Below are positions 9,667 to 18,678 of a stretch of 32,000 nucleotides of DNA, piece by piece. The notes beneath the pieces are model-generated. The model made no database searches. It worked only from the letters and a program-made list of their open reading frames with translations, and was not told where the DNA came from. How positions within the stretch are numbered: position 1 is the first letter of the stretch; each line of letters opens with the position of its first letter. The stretch spans positions 180,001 through 212,000 of the forward strand of contig NC_017080.1 of NCBI RefSeq assembly GCF_000284115.1, given 5' to 3'. The DNA comes from Phycisphaera mikurensis NBRC 102666 (GTDB taxonomy: Bacteria; Planctomycetota; Phycisphaerae; Phycisphaerales; Phycisphaeraceae). The position numbers and the translations under genes are program-made.

Positions 9667-9782
9667 GTCCGGCTCGGCGGGAGGGAAGCGGCCGTCGCGG
9701 CCTGACCGTGGTCGCGGGAACGCTACCGCGGCGCCGCCGCGAAGGGCGACTCACAGGTCCGAACAAAACCTTTCCACAACGC

Positions 9783-9811
9783 TTGACGCGGACCCGCCAC
9801 TTCCCTAACGT
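9783..9811 (+). promoter_or_regulatory. Possible sigma70-type promoter for recA
   Basis: TTGACG (9783-9788), a 17-nt spacer, then TAACGT (9806-9811), about 60 nt upstream of the recA ATG in the divergent intergenic region. This is pattern match only. Confidence 0.3.
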
Positions 9812-9870
9812 CTCCGCCGTGCGCCGAAGGAATCGGCGACCTCCCGTTCCACCCCAGCGAGCTCAATACC

Positions 9871-11046
<1,176 letters not shown>

Positions 11047-11215
11047 TCCGGGCCGCGGCGATCCCGGTCCGGGACCGACCACTCTTTCCGCCGCTGTGCA
11101 GCTGCCCGCCGGCCGCGGGCGGTGCGGTCGCGCAGCGACGCCTTTCTCGGGCGCTCGCCGCACCGGCTGCGCCCGTGGCCCTCCTGCCCGCCCTCCGCAA
11201 GCCCACCGGTCCGGG

Positions 11216-11476
11216 ATGCCGATGCACGCCCCCGTGACCCGACGCGTCGACCGCCTCACGCTCTCCGAAGGGCTCCAGCCGGAAGCCCGGCCCAGACGCT
11301 CCGGCACCGGCAGGCCCTGGATCGCGATCCGCTGGCGGTGCTGCGGCGCGTACAGCCGCGTCTACCGCGAGCCGTCCGCCACCTGCTACCGCGGCGCCTG
11401 CCCGCGCTGCGGCCACCCGGTCACGCTGCGGGTCGCTCCGGGGGGCAGCGACGCCCGCTTCTTCGAGGCGGGTTGA
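11216..11476 (+). CDS. Small Cys-rich hypothetical protein (zinc-ribbon-like, 86 aa)
   Basis: The ATG at 11216 lies within ORF 11027..11476. By hand count, 80 of 86 codons end in G/C, the pattern of real genes here. The Cys pattern is RWRCCG...TCYRGACPRCGH. I recognise no homolog. Confidence 0.5.
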   Translation: MPMHAPVTRRVDRLTLSEGLQPEARPRRSGTGRPWIAIRWRCCGAYSRVYREPSATCYRGACPRCGHPVTLRVAPGGSDARFFEAG

Positions 11477-11516
11477 GCCGCGCCCCGTCGAGAACGACCC
11501 CCGGTGTCGGCACCGG

Positions 11517-11836
11517 CCCGGGTCCCACGCCGCTCGCGGGGCGGGGCGGATGCCCGGGTGCCACGCCGCTTGCGGGGTGCGGTGTCCGCAGTCCACGCGG
11601 CGGCGACGCCCGGGCGCCACGCCGCTCGCGGGGCGGGCTGTCCGCAGGCCACGCGGCGCAGATGCCCGGGTCCCACGCCGCTCTCGGGGTGGGGCTGTTG
11701 CCCGGGTGCCACGCCGCTTGCGGGGTGGGGTGTCCGCAGGACACGCGGCGAGTCCGCGCCCCCGCCGGCGCCTCCGCCGGCGCCTCCGCCGGCGTCGCCT
11801 CCGGCGACCGCCACCCCGCGAGCGGCGTGGCACCGG
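11517..11836. repeat. REP-like intergenic repeat array (family 1), five direct copies plus one inverted copy, followed by a 12-nt tandem tract
   Basis: The unit is about GCCCGGGTGCCACGCCGCTTGCGGGGTGGGGTGTCCGCAGGACACGCGGCG. Copies start near 11517, 11552, 11608, 11663 and 11700. The inverted core CCCCGCGAGCGGCGTGGCACCGG is at about 11813-11836. Each unit has imperfect palindromes (CCACGCCGC-TT-GCGGGGTGG and GTGTCC-GCA-GGACAC). GCCGGCGCCTCC is repeated at 11764-11806. Confidence 0.8.
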
Positions 11837-11905
11837 CGGTGCCGAGCATCCGGGTCTCCCCTGGCCGCGTGCCGAAGGCCGAGCCCTCCAAACCATGGTC
11901 CGCGC

Positions 11906-12241
11906 CTACGCCCGGAAGTCGATGTGGTGGAAGGGCAGCGCGATCTGCCGCGGATCGGCCACCGGCCGGGGGATCGCCTCGCCCTCCTCGTCGGGGGCGT
12001 CGCCGCGGCCGTGGGCGGGCGTGTAGAGCAGCTCGTAGCCCGGCGTCGGCGGGTCGGGAAGCTCCTCGGCCGCCTCGCCCGCGGCCGAGGCCTCGGTCAG
12101 CTTCGCGGTCGAGAGGTCGATCGTGTCGGCGAGGTTCGCCTGCGCGGCCCGCTTGCGGGCGTCCCGGCGGGCGGCCACGCGTTCGGCGTTGAAAGCGGCG
12201 TTGGCCGCGGAGGCGGCGACGGGGTTGGTGAAGCTGCTCAT
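11906..12241 (-). CDS. Hypothetical protein (111 aa; ORF extends to 12301)
   Basis: GC3 is very high from MSSFTNPV onward, but only about 14 of the 20 upstream codons end in G/C. The Shine-Dalgarno-like GGAGAGGACGAA sits immediately upstream of the ATG at 12241. It is the last gene of the minus-strand operon. No recognisable domain. Confidence 0.6.
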   Translation of the reverse strand: MSSFTNPVAASAANAAFNAERVAARRDARKRAAQANLADTIDLSTAKLTEASAAGEAAEELPDPPTPGYELLYTPAHGRGDAPDEEGEAIPRPVADPRQIALPFHHIDFRA

Positions 12242-12424
12242 TTCGTCCTCTCCGGATGAACCGGACCCGAACACGCTGTTCGGATCCTGAAAGGACTTCA
12301 TCGGACCGCCGGCCCCCGATGCGCCCGCGGCCGCGGGCGCGACTGAAGCCCGCGGGTTATCGGAAGCCTCTCCGGCAGGGTGGGTTCCCCGATCCGCTGG
12401 ATGACCCAGGCGGCAAGCGTCGCC

Positions 12425-13846
12425 TCACCGGATCGTGCCGTCGCTCATCAGCACCGCGCCGGTCGGATCCTTCTGCCCGCCGATCGTCTCCCACACCATC
12501 GGCTGCGGCCCGCCGCCGGAGGGCTTCTCGTAGAGGAAGCCGGGGTTGTCGCCAGTCCGCTGGTTGAAGAGCAGGCCGTCCATCGGGCCCAGCACCGTCG
12601 CGAGGTCCTCCAGCGTGTCGGGGAAGCCGCCGTGGCGCTGCTCGTAGAGCAGGAAACCTGTCGCCATCTGCCGCATGTTGTTCGCCGAGCCGAGCCCGCG
12701 GGCGTTCGCCCCGGCGCCCGAGAGCACGTCGAAGTAGGACAGCGGGTTGTTCGTGTTGATCTTCGGCGGCGGGGCCGTGCCCTGGGCGCGCTTGATCGGC
12801 GACGGGAGGATCTTGCCCGGTCGGGTCCCGCCGCCGACGACCGGGAGCGGGCCGGGCGCGGCGGCTTCCGGCAGCTCGATGGTCGCAAGCGTCCGGCCGT
12901 CCCGCTCGACGCGGTAGCGGCCCGCCGCGGGTGGCGCCCCGTCGGGCAGCACGAAGAGCCAGCCGCCGGCGGGTGCGGCCGGTGCCGCCCCCGCCCAGGC
13001 GAGTTCCGCACCGGCGTCGGCCGACACCTCCACGCGGGCCGCGTCCCAATCGAGCGACGCGGCGAGGGCCGGGTCCGCCTCGCTCGCCGCCGCCACCGTC
13101 CCGCTCGCCGAGGGCGCCAGCCCCCCGCCGACCGCCACCCTCACGCGGCCCGCGAAGCCGCCCGCCTCGTACATCGCCGTCGCCTCGGTCCGGCCGGGCG
13201 TGCCGTCGGCCTCCCGCTCGAAGACGCGGTCCGGCGGCCGCACCGGGAGCAGCGCCCGGACGCCCGCGGCCGCCGCCGGCGTGAGGTCAATCGTCACGGG
13301 GCTTGCCGCCGGACGCCACAACACCCCCGCCGCGGCCGCGCCGCCGGCCTCCGGGACGAGCTCGACGGGGCCGCCACCAGCGGGCGAGGGCTCGGCGTCC
13401 AGCTCCACCGCCACGGCGGCGCCCGCACCCGCCGCCCCGGCTTCGTCGCGGTGGAGCACGAGCAGCCGGCCGCCGGCCTCGAACAGCGGGAACACCCGGA
13501 CGGCCCGCGCGGGCGCGACCGATGCCCCGCCGAGCGCCCAGACGATCAGCAGGACGGCGATCAGCAGCCCCAGTGCGGCCGCGGCCGGACCCGCCCAGCG
13601 GGCGGGGCGGCCGACGCCCGGAGCCTCTCGCTCGCCTTTCTGACCGCCGCGGACCGCGGCCGTTTCGGCTCCGAGAGCGCCGCGGTCCGCGGCGGGCTCC
13701 GCGAGCACCCGCGTCGCGAGCGTCTCGCCGTCCCGCCGCCAGCCGCACGCGGTGCACAGCGCCGCCTCGGGCTTGATCGGCTTGCCGCACCGGCGGCACG
13801 CGGCGGCGTCGGCGCCGGTTCCTCTATCGGGGCTGTTCGTCCGCAT
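12425..13846 (-). CDS. Zinc-ribbon / single-TM / Ala-Gly-rich periplasmic protein with a C-terminal pseudopilin-like (GspG/DUF1559-like) module
   Basis: N-terminal CRRCGKPIKPEAALCTACGW (CxxC...CxxC). TM segment AAAALGLLIAVLLIVWAL. C-terminal ANNMRQMATGFLLYEQRHGGFPDTLEDL, ending GAVLMSDGTIR. This resembles the alpha-helix and the terminal DG motif of planctomycete H-X9-DG pseudopilin-like proteins, but no prepilin leader is present. Confidence 0.7.
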   Translation of the reverse strand: MRTNSPDRGTGADAAACRRCGKPIKPEAALCTACGWRRDGETLATRVLAEPAADRGALGAETAAVRGGQKGEREAPGVGRPARWAGPAAAALGLLIAVLLIVWALGGASVAPARAVRVFPLFEAGGRLLVLHRDEAGAAGAGAAVAVELDAEPSPAGGGPVELVPEAGGAAAAGVLWRPAASPVTIDLTPAAAAGVRALLPVRPPDRVFEREADGTPGRTEATAMYEAGGFAGRVRVAVGGGLAPSASGTVAAASEADPALAASLDWDAARVEVSADAGAELAWAGAAPAAPAGGWLFVLPDGAPPAAGRYRVERDGRTLATIELPEAAAPGPLPVVGGGTRPGKILPSPIKRAQGTAPPPKINTNNPLSYFDVLSGAGANARGLGSANNMRQMATGFLLYEQRHGGFPDTLEDLATVLGPMDGLLFNQRTGDNPGFLYEKPSGGGPQPMVWETIGGQKDPTGAVLMSDGTIR

Positions 13847-15161
13847 CCACCAGCTCCTCCGGGGGGTCCGCGCCGGCCTCCACCACGCCCAGCAGCGCCT
13901 CGCAAGCCGCGGCGGCGAAGCCGACGCTGGCGAAGGCCTCCCGGATCCTGGCGAAGCCGTCGCGCTGGCGTTGCGCCGCCGGCGACCCCGGCTCCAGCAG
14001 CGGGCGCAGCGCGTCGGCGATCTCGGTGGTGCCGCCGAAGTGCGGGACGAACTCGGGGACGAGGCGGTCGGCGGGCCCGACCCCGCGACCGATCCGCGCG
14101 GCCGCCACCGTCTCCGCGTCGCCGACGACGCCCAGCCGCTCGGCGAGCAGGTTGGGCAGGCCGAAGGTGCGGGTCCGGATCAACGCCGGGGCCAGCAGCT
14201 TCCACAGCCACTCGGGCCCGGCCCGGTAGGCAATCACGTGCGGGCAGCCGCGCGACGCGGCCTCGAGCGTGGCGGTGCCCGAGACGACGACGGCGGCGTC
14301 CGCCCAGTCGAGCACCGCCGAGGCGTCGCCCACCGCGAGCCCCATCCGCGTGGGCAGCCGCCCGCCGGGGCTCGACCGCCGCAGCTGCTCCGCCCGCTCC
14401 CGGCTCGCCGCGGCCACGCCGACGACCAGGTCGGGGTGGCGGTGCCGCAACCGCTCGAAGATCTCCAGCATGTCCGGCCAGTTCTTCTGCACCTCGCTGC
14501 TGCGGGAGCCGGGGAGGAAGGCCAGCTTGAGGCCGCCCGCCGGCAGGTCGGCCGCCGCCGAGGCGGGCCGCGGCTCCAGCGCCGCGTCCTCGAAGAGCGG
14601 GTGCCCCACGAAGACGCCCCGCACGCCGTGCGCCGCCAGCCACGCCGGCTCGAAGGGCAGCAGGCACAGCACCAGGTCGCTGCCGCGCTGCAGCCGCCGC
14701 ACCCGCCAGCTCGCCCAGGCCCAAACCTGCGGGCACACGAGGTGGACGATCTTCGCCCGCGGTTGTCGCTTCCGCACCAGGTTGCAGAAGGACCAGTTCG
14801 CCGCGGGCGCGTCGCAGGGGATCAGCAGGTCCAGCGGCTCCCCGCCGAGCCAGTCCCGGACGAGCTTCTTCCGCCGGAGCAGCTCTCGGCCCTCGCGCAC
14901 GACCCCCGTCCCCACCCCCATCGCCGCGTGGCCGACCGTTTCCTCCAGCAGCTCCACCCCTGCCTCGGCCATCCTCGGTCCGCCGAGCCCGAAGAAGCGC
15001 CACCCCGGCCGCCGCTGCCGCAGCTCCCGCACCAGCCGCGCCGCCAGCACGTCCCCCGACGGCTCGAAGACCGTCAGGAGCACCCGCTTGGCGGGACCGG
15101 GTTCATCGCTCGGGCACACGCCCGGAGGGTACGACCCCGGCGGGCCCGGCACCCTCACCAC
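13824..15161 (-). CDS. lpxB: Lipid-A-disaccharide synthase LpxB
   Basis: VLLTVFEPSGDVLAARLVRELR (N-terminal GE/EPSGD motif), FFGLGGPRM, DAPAANW, HLVCPQVWAWASWR and LLPFEPAW...VGHPL. The start is uncertain. ATG 15161 overlaps the MNT gene by 59 nt. GTG 15119 or GTG 15083 (VLLTVFEPSGD) are alternatives. Confidence 0.85.
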   Translation of the reverse strand: MVRVPGPPGSYPPGVCPSDEPGPAKRVLLTVFEPSGDVLAARLVRELRQRRPGWRFFGLGGPRMAEAGVELLEETVGHAAMGVGTGVVREGRELLRRKKLVRDWLGGEPLDLLIPCDAPAANWSFCNLVRKRQPRAKIVHLVCPQVWAWASWRVRRLQRGSDLVLCLLPFEPAWLAAHGVRGVFVGHPLFEDAALEPRPASAAADLPAGGLKLAFLPGSRSSEVQKNWPDMLEIFERLRHRHPDLVVGVAAASRERAEQLRRSSPGGRLPTRMGLAVGDASAVLDWADAAVVVSGTATLEAASRGCPHVIAYRAGPEWLWKLLAPALIRTRTFGLPNLLAERLGVVGDAETVAAARIGRGVGPADRLVPEFVPHFGGTTEIADALRPLLEPGSPAAQRQRDGFARIREAFASVGFAAAACEALLGVVEAGADPPEELVDADEQPR

Positions 15162-15534
15162 CTCCCGAAGCCGCCCGCTGCCGCGGCGGGTCGAGCTCGA
15201 TGCCCCAGGCGGTCTCCCGCACCCGGGCGGCGAAGCCCGGGTCGGTCGCCTCCGTCAAATGGACGACGTCGACGAAGAACGGCAGGTGGCTCTCTTCGAA
15301 TGCGCCCGCCAGCGAAGCGGTGGTGGAGATGTCGACCCCGGCGCCGTCGACCCAGAGGTCCAGGTCGGAGGACGGCCGCGGCGTGCCCAGCGCCCGGGAT
15401 CCGAACAGCGCCGCGGCTTCCACCTCCGGGCGACCGCGGAGGACTTCCCGGACGATGGCCCAGTGCCGCGGGGCCAGCCCCCCCTCCGCCCGGTCGCCGT
15501 GGATCATGCGGGGTCGCGAACTACCGCGCATCAC
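15103..15534 (-). CDS. Minimal nucleotidyltransferase (MNT), HEPN/MNT-type antitoxin-like
   Basis: NTase signature LFGSRALGTPRPSSDLDLWV (GS...DxD) and a downstream FFVDVVHL (third Asp). An alternative ATG at 15507 is possible. It directly follows, and may overlap, the HEPN-family gene. Confidence 0.85.
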   Translation of the reverse strand: MMRGSSRPRMIHGDRAEGGLAPRHWAIVREVLRGRPEVEAAALFGSRALGTPRPSSDLDLWVDGAGVDISTTASLAGAFEESHLPFFVDVVHLTEATDPGFAARVRETAWGIELDPPRQRAASGGGEGAGPAGVVPSGRVPER

Positions 15535-15982
15535 CCGCCTCCTGCACCAACCGGTCGTGCAAGCGACGCAGCGCAGGGAGGAAGCGCTCTCCGATGACCC
15601 GCACCTCGCGGAGCAGCCCCTCGTCGCAGCGGTGCGAGAACTCGTTGCGCTTGTCCACCATCACGAGCAACGCTTCGGTGTCATGAGTCGACGCCCACCC
15701 CTGCTGGAGCGCGTGGCGGAAGGCCGCCTTGGGCGAACGCACCACCAGGCCTTCCGCGTCCAGCCGGTCCTTGACCGCCTTCCAGGCCAGCTCCGTGGTT
15801 ACCTCGAAGAAGTGGATGGCCGCGGCCGCCTCCACCTCCGAGGGCGACTCCGCCGCGAGCGTGTCGCCGAGCCGCTCGAGCATCCGCTCGAGGCCCGCCA
15901 AGCGCGGCGCGCCGCGGCCGGGAGCGGGTGTGTGGTCTGGTGCGTTCATGGCGTTGCCTCTGATCGGCGTGCCCTGGTTCAT
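15521..15982 (-). CDS. HEPN-domain protein, nucleotidyltransferase substrate-binding (HI0074-like) family, toxin-like partner of the MNT
   Basis: The Rx4H HEPN motif is in DKRNEFSHRCDE, in a four-helix-type sequence (HFFEVTTELAWKAVKDRL). Candidate starts are ATG 15982, which forms an ATGA overlap with the pdxH stop, or ATG 15949. The rest of ORF 15521..16690 is an out-of-frame shadow of pdxH. Confidence 0.85.
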   Translation of the reverse strand: MNQGTPIRGNAMNAPDHTPAPGRGAPRLAGLERMLERLGDTLAAESPSEVEAAAAIHFFEVTTELAWKAVKDRLDAEGLVVRSPKAAFRHALQQGWASTHDTEALLVMVDKRNEFSHRCDEGLLREVRVIGERFLPALRRLHDRLVQEAGDAR

Positions 15983-16647
15983 GGCGCCAGCCGCACCCGG
16001 CTCCAGCCCCCATCGCTGCGCTCGTACCGCAGCCGGTCGTGCAGGCGCGACGGCTGGCCCTGCCAGAACTCGATCGCCCGCGGCATCACGGCGTACCCGC
16101 CCCAGTGCGGCGGCCGCGGGACGTCGCGGCCGGAGAACTCCGCCTCCCGCCGGGCCTGCTCCGCGGCGAGGTGGCCGCGATCGGGGATGATCGACGACTG
16201 CGGGCTCACCCAGGCGCCGAGCTGGCTGCCGCGGGGACGCTGCGCGAAGTACGCGTCGTTCGCGGCGTCGTCGAGCTCGACCACGCGCCCACGCACCCGC
16301 ACCGACCGGTCGAGCGCATCCCAGTAGAAGACCAGCGCCGCCTCCGCCCGCGCCGCCAGCTCGTCGGCCTTCCGCGACCGCTTGTTCGTGTAGAAGCGGA
16401 AGCCGTCCTCCGGGCCGACGCCCTTGAGCAGCACCACCCGCGCGTCGGGCAGGCCCCCGGCGTCGACGGTCGCGAGCGTCATCGCGTTGGGTTCCTTGAT
16501 GCCGGCCTCCGCCGCGTCCGCGAACCACCGGTCGAACTGGACGAAGGGGTCGCCCGCGGCGGCCTCCTCGGTCAGCCCCGGCACCTCGTAGGGCTGCCGC
16601 ATTGCCGAAGGATCCGGCACGCCGCCGCGGACCGCGTCCACGCTCAC
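15979..16647 (-). CDS. pdxH: Pyridoxamine 5'-phosphate oxidase PdxH
   Basis: Canonical PdxH sequence: DPFVQFDRWF, EPNAMTLATVD, PDARVVLLKG, GFRFYTNKRSRKADEL, QRPRGSQLGAWVSPQS, WGGYAVMPRAIEFWQGQPSRLHDRLRY. The GTG start at 16647 overlaps the upstream stop (GTGA). Confidence 0.95.
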   Translation of the reverse strand: MSVDAVRGGVPDPSAMRQPYEVPGLTEEAAAGDPFVQFDRWFADAAEAGIKEPNAMTLATVDAGGLPDARVVLLKGVGPEDGFRFYTNKRSRKADELAARAEAALVFYWDALDRSVRVRGRVVELDDAANDAYFAQRPRGSQLGAWVSPQSSIIPDRGHLAAEQARREAEFSGRDVPRPPHWGGYAVMPRAIEFWQGQPSRLHDRLRYERSDGGWSRVRLAP

Positions 16648-17837
16648 GACGGGACCTCTCCGGTCCGCGGCGCCGCGTCCGCTCCGGCATCCACGCCCTC
16701 CGCCCGCCCCGCCGCCGCCGCCCAGGCGTTGCCGCCGCCCCGCGGCGGCCGGTTCCCCTCGCGCTGCGGCTTCCCCCCGGCGGCGCCGGAGGCCAGCCCG
16801 GCCGCTCTACGCAGCTGCTGCAGCTCCACCCGCTCCAGCGTCCGCCAGCTCCCGGGCTTGAGCCCTCGGATCCGCAGCGGCCCGAGCGACGTCCGCTCCA
16901 GGCGGTGGACGTTGAAGCCCAGCCGGGCCAGAAGCCGGCGGATCTCGCGGTTCTGCCCCTCCTTGAGCGTGATCGCCAGCTGCGTGCGGTGGCCGCGGGT
17001 GTGGTCGACCTCGTGCCTGAGGATCCTCACGCTCTCGACCGCGGCGCGGCGGGGAGCGATCTCGTGCCCGCGGTTCTCCAGCTGCCGGGCCCGCTTGCGG
17101 TCGGTCAGCAGCAGGCCCCTCCGCAGCCGGTCCGCGTCCTCGTTCTCCAGCTTGCCCCGCACCGTCACGCGGTAGCTCTTCTGCACGCCGTACCGCGGGT
17201 GCGTCAGCCGCTGCGTCAGCTCGCCGTCGTCGGTCAGCAGCAGCAGGCCCGTGGAGTCCGCGTCCAGCCGCCCGACCGGGAACAGCCGCACCCGCCCGGG
17301 CAGCCGCACGAGGTCGGTCACCGTCCGCCGGTCCATCCCCGGCTCGTCGGCGACGGTCGAGATGACGCCGCGCGGCTTGTGGAGCATCACGTAGTGCTTG
17401 CCCGCCGTGGGGTGGTTCGCCGCCGCCCGCCGCGGCCGCGCCACCTCCCGGCCGTCCACCGCGAGCCGGTCCTCCCGCGGATCCACGAACGCCGGCAGCG
17501 TCTCGACCCGGTCCCCGTTCACGGTCACCCGCCCCTCGGCGATCAGCCCCTCGCACGCCCGACGCGAAGCGACCCCCGCCTCGGCGAGCACCTTCTGCAG
17601 GCGGGGCCCCCGCTGCTTGTCGGTGTACGCGTGCTGCACGCGTTCAGGGTACGGGGCGCACGCGGACCGGCAGATCGCCGTCCCGCGGCGTCCGCACACG
17701 CCCTGGTCCGCGGCGACTTCCTTTGCCGCTGCCCGGGGGTGTGGCTGAGCGAAGCCGACGCGGTTGTCGCGCCGGCGGGCTCTGCCCGCCGAAGCCCGGA
17801 GCTCCTCGGGATTCGACTCGCGCAGCGTGCGCAGCAC
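16644..17837 (-). CDS. rluB: Pseudouridine synthase, RsuA/RluB family, with S4 domain and basic C-terminal tail
   Basis: S4 domain: RLQKVLAEAGVASRRACEGLIAEGRVTVNG. Catalytic motif: FPVGRLDADSTGLLLLTDDGEL, then HPRYGVQKSYRV and EGQNREIRRLL. The start is uncertain. GTG codons at 17837, 17699 and 17639 are all in frame, and 17639 gives the most typical N-terminus. The ORF portion above 17849 overlaps lptB. Confidence 0.85.
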   Translation of the reverse strand: MLRTLRESNPEELRASAGRARRRDNRVGFAQPHPRAAAKEVAADQGVCGRRGTAICRSACAPYPERVQHAYTDKQRGPRLQKVLAEAGVASRRACEGLIAEGRVTVNGDRVETLPAFVDPREDRLAVDGREVARPRRAAANHPTAGKHYVMLHKPRGVISTVADEPGMDRRTVTDLVRLPGRVRLFPVGRLDADSTGLLLLTDDGELTQRLTHPRYGVQKSYRVTVRGKLENEDADRLRRGLLLTDRKRARQLENRGHEIAPRRAAVESVRILRHEVDHTRGHRTQLAITLKEGQNREIRRLLARLGFNVHRLERTSLGPLRIRGLKPGSWRTLERVELQQLRRAAGLASGAAGGKPQREGNRPPRGGGNAWAAAAGRAEGVDAGADAAPRTGEVPS

Positions 17838-17848
17838 GCGGAGCGAAA

Positions 17849-18586
17849 TCAGCCGAACTCGTCCCCGCGGAAGGTCGAGCCCAGGTACGTCTCCCGCACC
17901 TTGGGGTCGTTGATGATCTCCTTGGGCGTGCCCTCGGCGAAGATCTTGCCGCTGCTCTGCACGTAGACCCGATCGCACACGCCGAGGATGTGGTGGACGT
18001 TGTGGTCGGTCACCAGCATCGAGATGCCCAGGTCGTCACGCAGCCGGCGGATCTCGGTCTGCAGCTCCTCGACGGCGACCGGGTCGACGCCGGCGAAGGG
18101 CTCGTCAAGGAGGATCAGCGTGGGGTCGGTGACCAGCGCCCGGGCGATCTCCAGCTTCCGGCGCTCGCCGCCGGAGAGCGTCGCGGCCTTCTGCTTCGCA
18201 TTCTTGGAGAGATCGAACTGCGCCATCAGCTCCGCCGCCCGCTGGCGCCGGGCCATCTTCGCCAGCGGCCGGGTCTCCAGGATCGCCAGCAGGTTCTGCT
18301 CGACGGTCAGCCGGCCGAAGACGCTGGGCTCCTGCGCCAGGTAGCCCATCCCCCGCTGCGCCCGCTCGTACATCGGCAGGGCCGACACGTCGTGCCCGTG
18401 GAAGCGGACGCTGCCGCCGTCGGGCGTGATCATCCCGATCGACATGCGGAAGCTCGTGGTCTTGCCCGCCCCGTTGCGGCCGAGGATCCCGACGATCTCG
18501 CCCTCCTCCACGGAGAAGCTCACCCCGTCCACCACCGTTCGCGGCCCGTAGGTCTTCTTCAGGTCGGTGGCGGAAAGCAGCGGCAT
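17849..18586 (-). CDS. lptB: LPS export ABC transporter ATP-binding protein LptB
   Basis: GILGRNGAGKTTSF (Walker A), YLAQEPSVF (Q-loop), LSGGERRKLEIARAL (signature), LILLDEPFAGVDP (Walker B), VTDHNV (H-loop), and the LptB-type C-terminus NDPKVRETYLG. Confidence 0.95.
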   Translation of the reverse strand: MPLLSATDLKKTYGPRTVVDGVSFSVEEGEIVGILGRNGAGKTTSFRMSIGMITPDGGSVRFHGHDVSALPMYERAQRGMGYLAQEPSVFGRLTVEQNLLAILETRPLAKMARRQRAAELMAQFDLSKNAKQKAATLSGGERRKLEIARALVTDPTLILLDEPFAGVDPVAVEELQTEIRRLRDDLGISMLVTDHNVHHILGVCDRVYVQSSGKIFAEGTPKEIINDPKVRETYLGSTFRGDEFG

Positions 18587-18678
18587 CGCGGCGAGAAGCT
18601 AGCCGTTGCTCCGCGACGCCGGATCCCGCCGCGAGAGAGGGGCCAGCACCCGTCCCCTCCGCTTCGACGCTTCACCGA

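Noticed and set aside
2073-9705. Giant plus-strand ORFs 2073..6419 (1448 aa) and 5437..9705 (1422 aa)
   Set aside because: They are antisense to four well-supported minus-strand genes (ruvB, FHA-GspE, GGDEF-EAL, dehydrogenase). Their translations are low-complexity Arg/Gly/Pro/Ala/Asp strings without motifs. These are classic shadow ORFs of high-GC DNA.
9667-9870. LexA/SOS box upstream of recA
   Set aside because: Only a lone GAAC (GAACAAAACCTTTCC, about 9761-9775) is present, with no matching GTTC or GAAC partner at known spacings. No convincing palindrome is present.
11517-11836. CRISPR array interpretation of the repeat clusters (also 18679-19175 and 20421-20632)
   Set aside because: Repeats are degenerate and of uneven length. 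The 'spacers' are about 15 nt or absent and are themselves repeated. One copy is inverted. No cas genes are nearby. This fits REP-like or microsatellite elements.
11906-12301. FlgM (anti-sigma-28) identity for the small minus-strand ORF
   Set aside because: There is only a vague resemblance (DTIDLSTAKL). The conserved C-terminal sigma-28-binding helices are not recognisable. It stays annotated as hypothetical.
15983-16690. Reading ORF 15521..16690 as a single 389-aa protein
   Set aside because: The upstream two-thirds overlaps pdxH in another frame and is Arg/Gly/Pro-rich. Only the last ~150 codons carry the HEPN (RNEFSH) sequence. ATG 15982 gives an ATGA junction with the pdxH stop.
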